Assembly: GCA_002633005.1 (NCBI GenBank)
Contig: NMRA01000342.1
Span: 334,056 to 398,055 of the forward strand
Origin: Phoronis australis
Taxonomy: Eukaryota > Animalia > Phoronida
DNA length: 64,000 bases
Direction of reading: 5' to 3'
How positions within the stretch are numbered: position 1 is the stretch's first letter; every line of letters begins with the position of its first letter. The position numbers and the translations under genes were made by a program. This document shows positions 60,850-64,000 of the stretch, one piece after another. The notes below the pieces were generated by a model. The model saw only the letters and a list, made by a program, of their open reading frames with translations. It searched no databases and was not told the DNA's origin.

Positions 60850-62620
60850 GAAAGTCCAGAGCACTTAGCATCGATTAATATCGGATCACAGGAACCCTAA
60901 CAGAAATGGATGTCTGCCGGTGTCTAGGGGGCAAATTTTGAACTAGATTAGATATTTGAGGTTCCGGCCAAAACTGATATAAAATCAACTAACATGTCAC
61001 ATTGAGCACTGATTGGCCCATGGCAGATGAATTGCACTCTGGAGAGCTCCTGCCATCAATTAAAAAAGGACCCCAACTTGAGCTCACTCAAACATTTCAG
61101 TTATCACAGAAAACGATTCCATATGATTTAGTAAATGTCATTGAATAATAAATGGTTGATGGCAGGCAAAATACTCTTTTGGTTAGGCTTGCCTGAATAC
61201 CCCAAACACCTCATCCACCGAATGTTGTTGAAATTTGAGCTAGATTACAGGTACCGGCCGAACTTGATGAAAAATGAACAATTGTGCAACATTCAGCTCC
61301 AAATGCAGTCTGGAAAGGTCCCGCCAGAAGCCCAAAAGGGACCCCAAAACTTGAGCTAGCTCGAACGTTCTTGGTACCACCAAAACAATTTCGGGCCAAA
61401 GTGTAGAATTTAGTACATGCCGCTGACCACTAAATGATCTATCACAGGCAAAACGCACTCTAAATAGGAGATGGACCCACCAGATGCCCCCAACAATGTC
61501 ACCCACGGATTGTTTTTGAAAATGTGAGCTAGTTAAGATATTCGAGGTGCCCGCCGAAACTGAATTGAAATAGTTTATCATAACACACTGAACAGCGAAT
61601 GACTCGTAAATGAAAATTTGACTCTAGGAAATGCCCATGGGGAATCCAAAAGGCCCTGAAAATTGAGCTACCTCAAACATTCGATGTACCATAAAAAACA
61701 GTCCCACGTGATTCAGTACATGCCATTGATCGCTAAATAGCTTATTACAGAGAAAATACACTCTGGCTTGAACCCAATAGATAACCCAAAATTCTCACCC
61801 AGGGGATTCTGTTAAAAACGTGAGCAAGACTAAATGTTGGAGGTACCGAGCAAAATTGACTTGAAATGAATAACAGTGAAACAGTGAGCATCATATTCTT
61901 CATCGCAATGAATAGGGTTTGCAAAAAACTAAAAAGAAACCACCAAAACTGAGCTATTCCCAAACATTCGAAGTACCATGCATGATTCATCAAATACCAC
62001 TGATCACTAAAGGACATATATAAGACAAATCATCCCCGTTTGAGCACTGCAGAAACCTCCAAAAATCTCACCATAAAACCCACAAAAACGGTTGGCAAAT
62101 CAAGTTTCCAGAGTCACTATTATTATTGGGAAGTCCTTAACTTCATTATGCTGATACTGAACCTAGAATACTTGAAAAATATATTTTTGGGGTTTTCACA
62201 AAGTCTAAGATGTGGAAAATATGCATAGAGTTGTGTATCTCAAGGATTTACAAAAAACAGTTTGAGCTTCCTAAGTTGATGTGGAGAGTTGGGGTCTGAA
62301 GGAAATAACTATGCGAGGCTCGGTCACAGAGAAGTCTAGGACAAGCAAGCAGTGACAAATACAACTCGTTTTTTAGCAATATCAAAGATAAGCTAATGTG
62401 CACAAAATACCAAATGATTCAGTACATGCCATTGGTTATTAAATTGTATTTGTCAAAAATGCACTGGGTTGAGCCCGGCACGAGAAACCCCAAAGAGGTT
62501 TGAGCTCAATTAGATAAACAAAGTACCGGTAAATTGATTTTAAATAAACAACTGCTTTAAACAGAGAAAAATGACCGGCCATGAAAATTGCGCTCTAAAA
62601 TATGACCGGAAACTGTGCTT
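60850..62620 (+). repeat. Diverged tandem array, ~290-bp dimers of ~145-bp monomers (same family as 10330-12548)
   Basis: ttgagctag...cgaggtacc-like motif recurs near 60940, 61080, 61237, 61353, 61526, 61665, 61822, 61951 and 62500. Confidence 0.75.
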
Positions 62621-64000
62621 ATCCAAAAATGATCAAATACTTCAGGTGGCTTAAACCACAATGCCAAACCCTTGGTTGGATCAAAATGTGACGTAACATA
62701 GGTAAGGGTTAAATACAAGGAAATATATAACATATATTGTAACAGTGGAAGTTTCTAAGTGAAATTATGTTTTCTTCTGCAATTGACGCGCGCGCGTATA
62801 TATCCGCAAATAAATAATAATGATAATAATTTTTATAACCAATATAGCCTAGTTAGAGCTTACGCGACAGATCATTCTAATCAGGACTTTCAAGCCGCGT
62901 AGCTAATACTGAGAGGTAGAGAAGTTCTCCCTGACTAACCTTTAAAGGGATAGCGATACCTGTTTTGACACACTAACAGATATTAAAAACGACTTTACCA
63001 ACCAATTTCCTGAACCAAAATAATGACCTGTACCTCTCAACAACCCTCAAACGTTTGGAGGAAAATTTGAAAAAAGTCATTTCGAAGTCTGCTAAGCGGA
63101 CAAGCGTGACCTACGCTTTAAGCGAATTTTAAAGCAACTGTGACGAAAGGCCACCCACCAAGGACCATAATGTCCAATTTGTGAGATAGAAAGTGTGAGT
63201 TTTTAGTTGATTCCAGCTTTTCTCTTTCAAAAATGACGCCTGATCAGGTGACAGGACGAGGATTGACTGAAATCGTCAAAACAGGGCTTAGTATCCTTTT
63301 AAATGGCATATAACGTAAATTAGACTTTTAGTAATCAGATATAAAACAAAAAATCAACTGAATCAACTGACGATGAAGATGGCATATTGTTTGAGCAGAG
63401 ACTAGAAATTCTAATAATCCTTGGAATTATTGAAAGCCAAACAAACCCGAGACAAATACAAGACTGAAACAAATCCAGACAGATGCATAATAAATGTACA
63501 TGTAGGTTTCTTGGGAAAAAGTTGTAGAAATTTTGGTCCGTGGACATTTTTTTTTTTTTAAGAAATTGTTACTACACAAGTTTGGGTAATGTTTTCCTAC
63601 AAGTAGTAAACAATTTGACAACAAAATTGTGATCCATGTTAACGATGACTGTCGGCTACTATTCAAAATGACTTCATCCCCACTGCGTTCTTTAAAATGA
63701 ATTTAAGAATTGCCAGCAAAAAATGCTTTCCATAAACGGTATTGCACATGTAAAGTGAGCACATGCAATATTTGGTGTCCCCAAGAAACTTATTGCATGA
63801 AATACAGAGTTTGAACATGCTGACTCTAATGCACGCTATCATGAATTCCCACACGCGCACCTGGATATAGGTGGCGTTGAAATCAAACATACCCGGTAGG
63901 CTAATGTAGGCCGCGCGCTCGAATACATGTTTCAAGCCTATGGAAGTACTGACCTTAGGTGAGGCGAACCCGACTTAGTTTGTTTGTGTTGGGGTCCGAC

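Overview
AT-rich eukaryotic (invertebrate animal-like) genomic DNA with spliced genes. Most ORFs in the supplied track are intron or repeat noise, or single exons. Two convergent genes can be rebuilt by hand with GT-AG introns and consistent phases. (1) + strand, 14451-37770: 24 coding exons, about 1274 aa, a secreted mosaic protein with signal peptide, kringle, coiled-coil/acidic neck, C-type lectin (QPD/WND, galactose type) and six tandem FA58C/discoidin domains, one carrying an RGD. This is the most unusual item in the window. (2) - strand, 58293-45917: 4 coding exons, about 426 aa, a two-pore-domain K+ channel (K2P/TWiK type). Intergenic and intronic DNA holds many repeats: two 5'-truncated LINE copies with target-site duplications (one nested in an older RTE-X-like LINE), a decayed SWIM/YqaJ transposon gene, several MITEs and foldbacks, minisatellites, degenerate Penelope-type hammerhead relics, and two arrays with ~145-bp monomers. 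One of these arrays lies between the two 3' ends and carries a CTCF-like motif in most monomers. No rRNA, intact tRNA or CRISPR array was seen. All family assignments come from motif recognition by eye; no database search was run.
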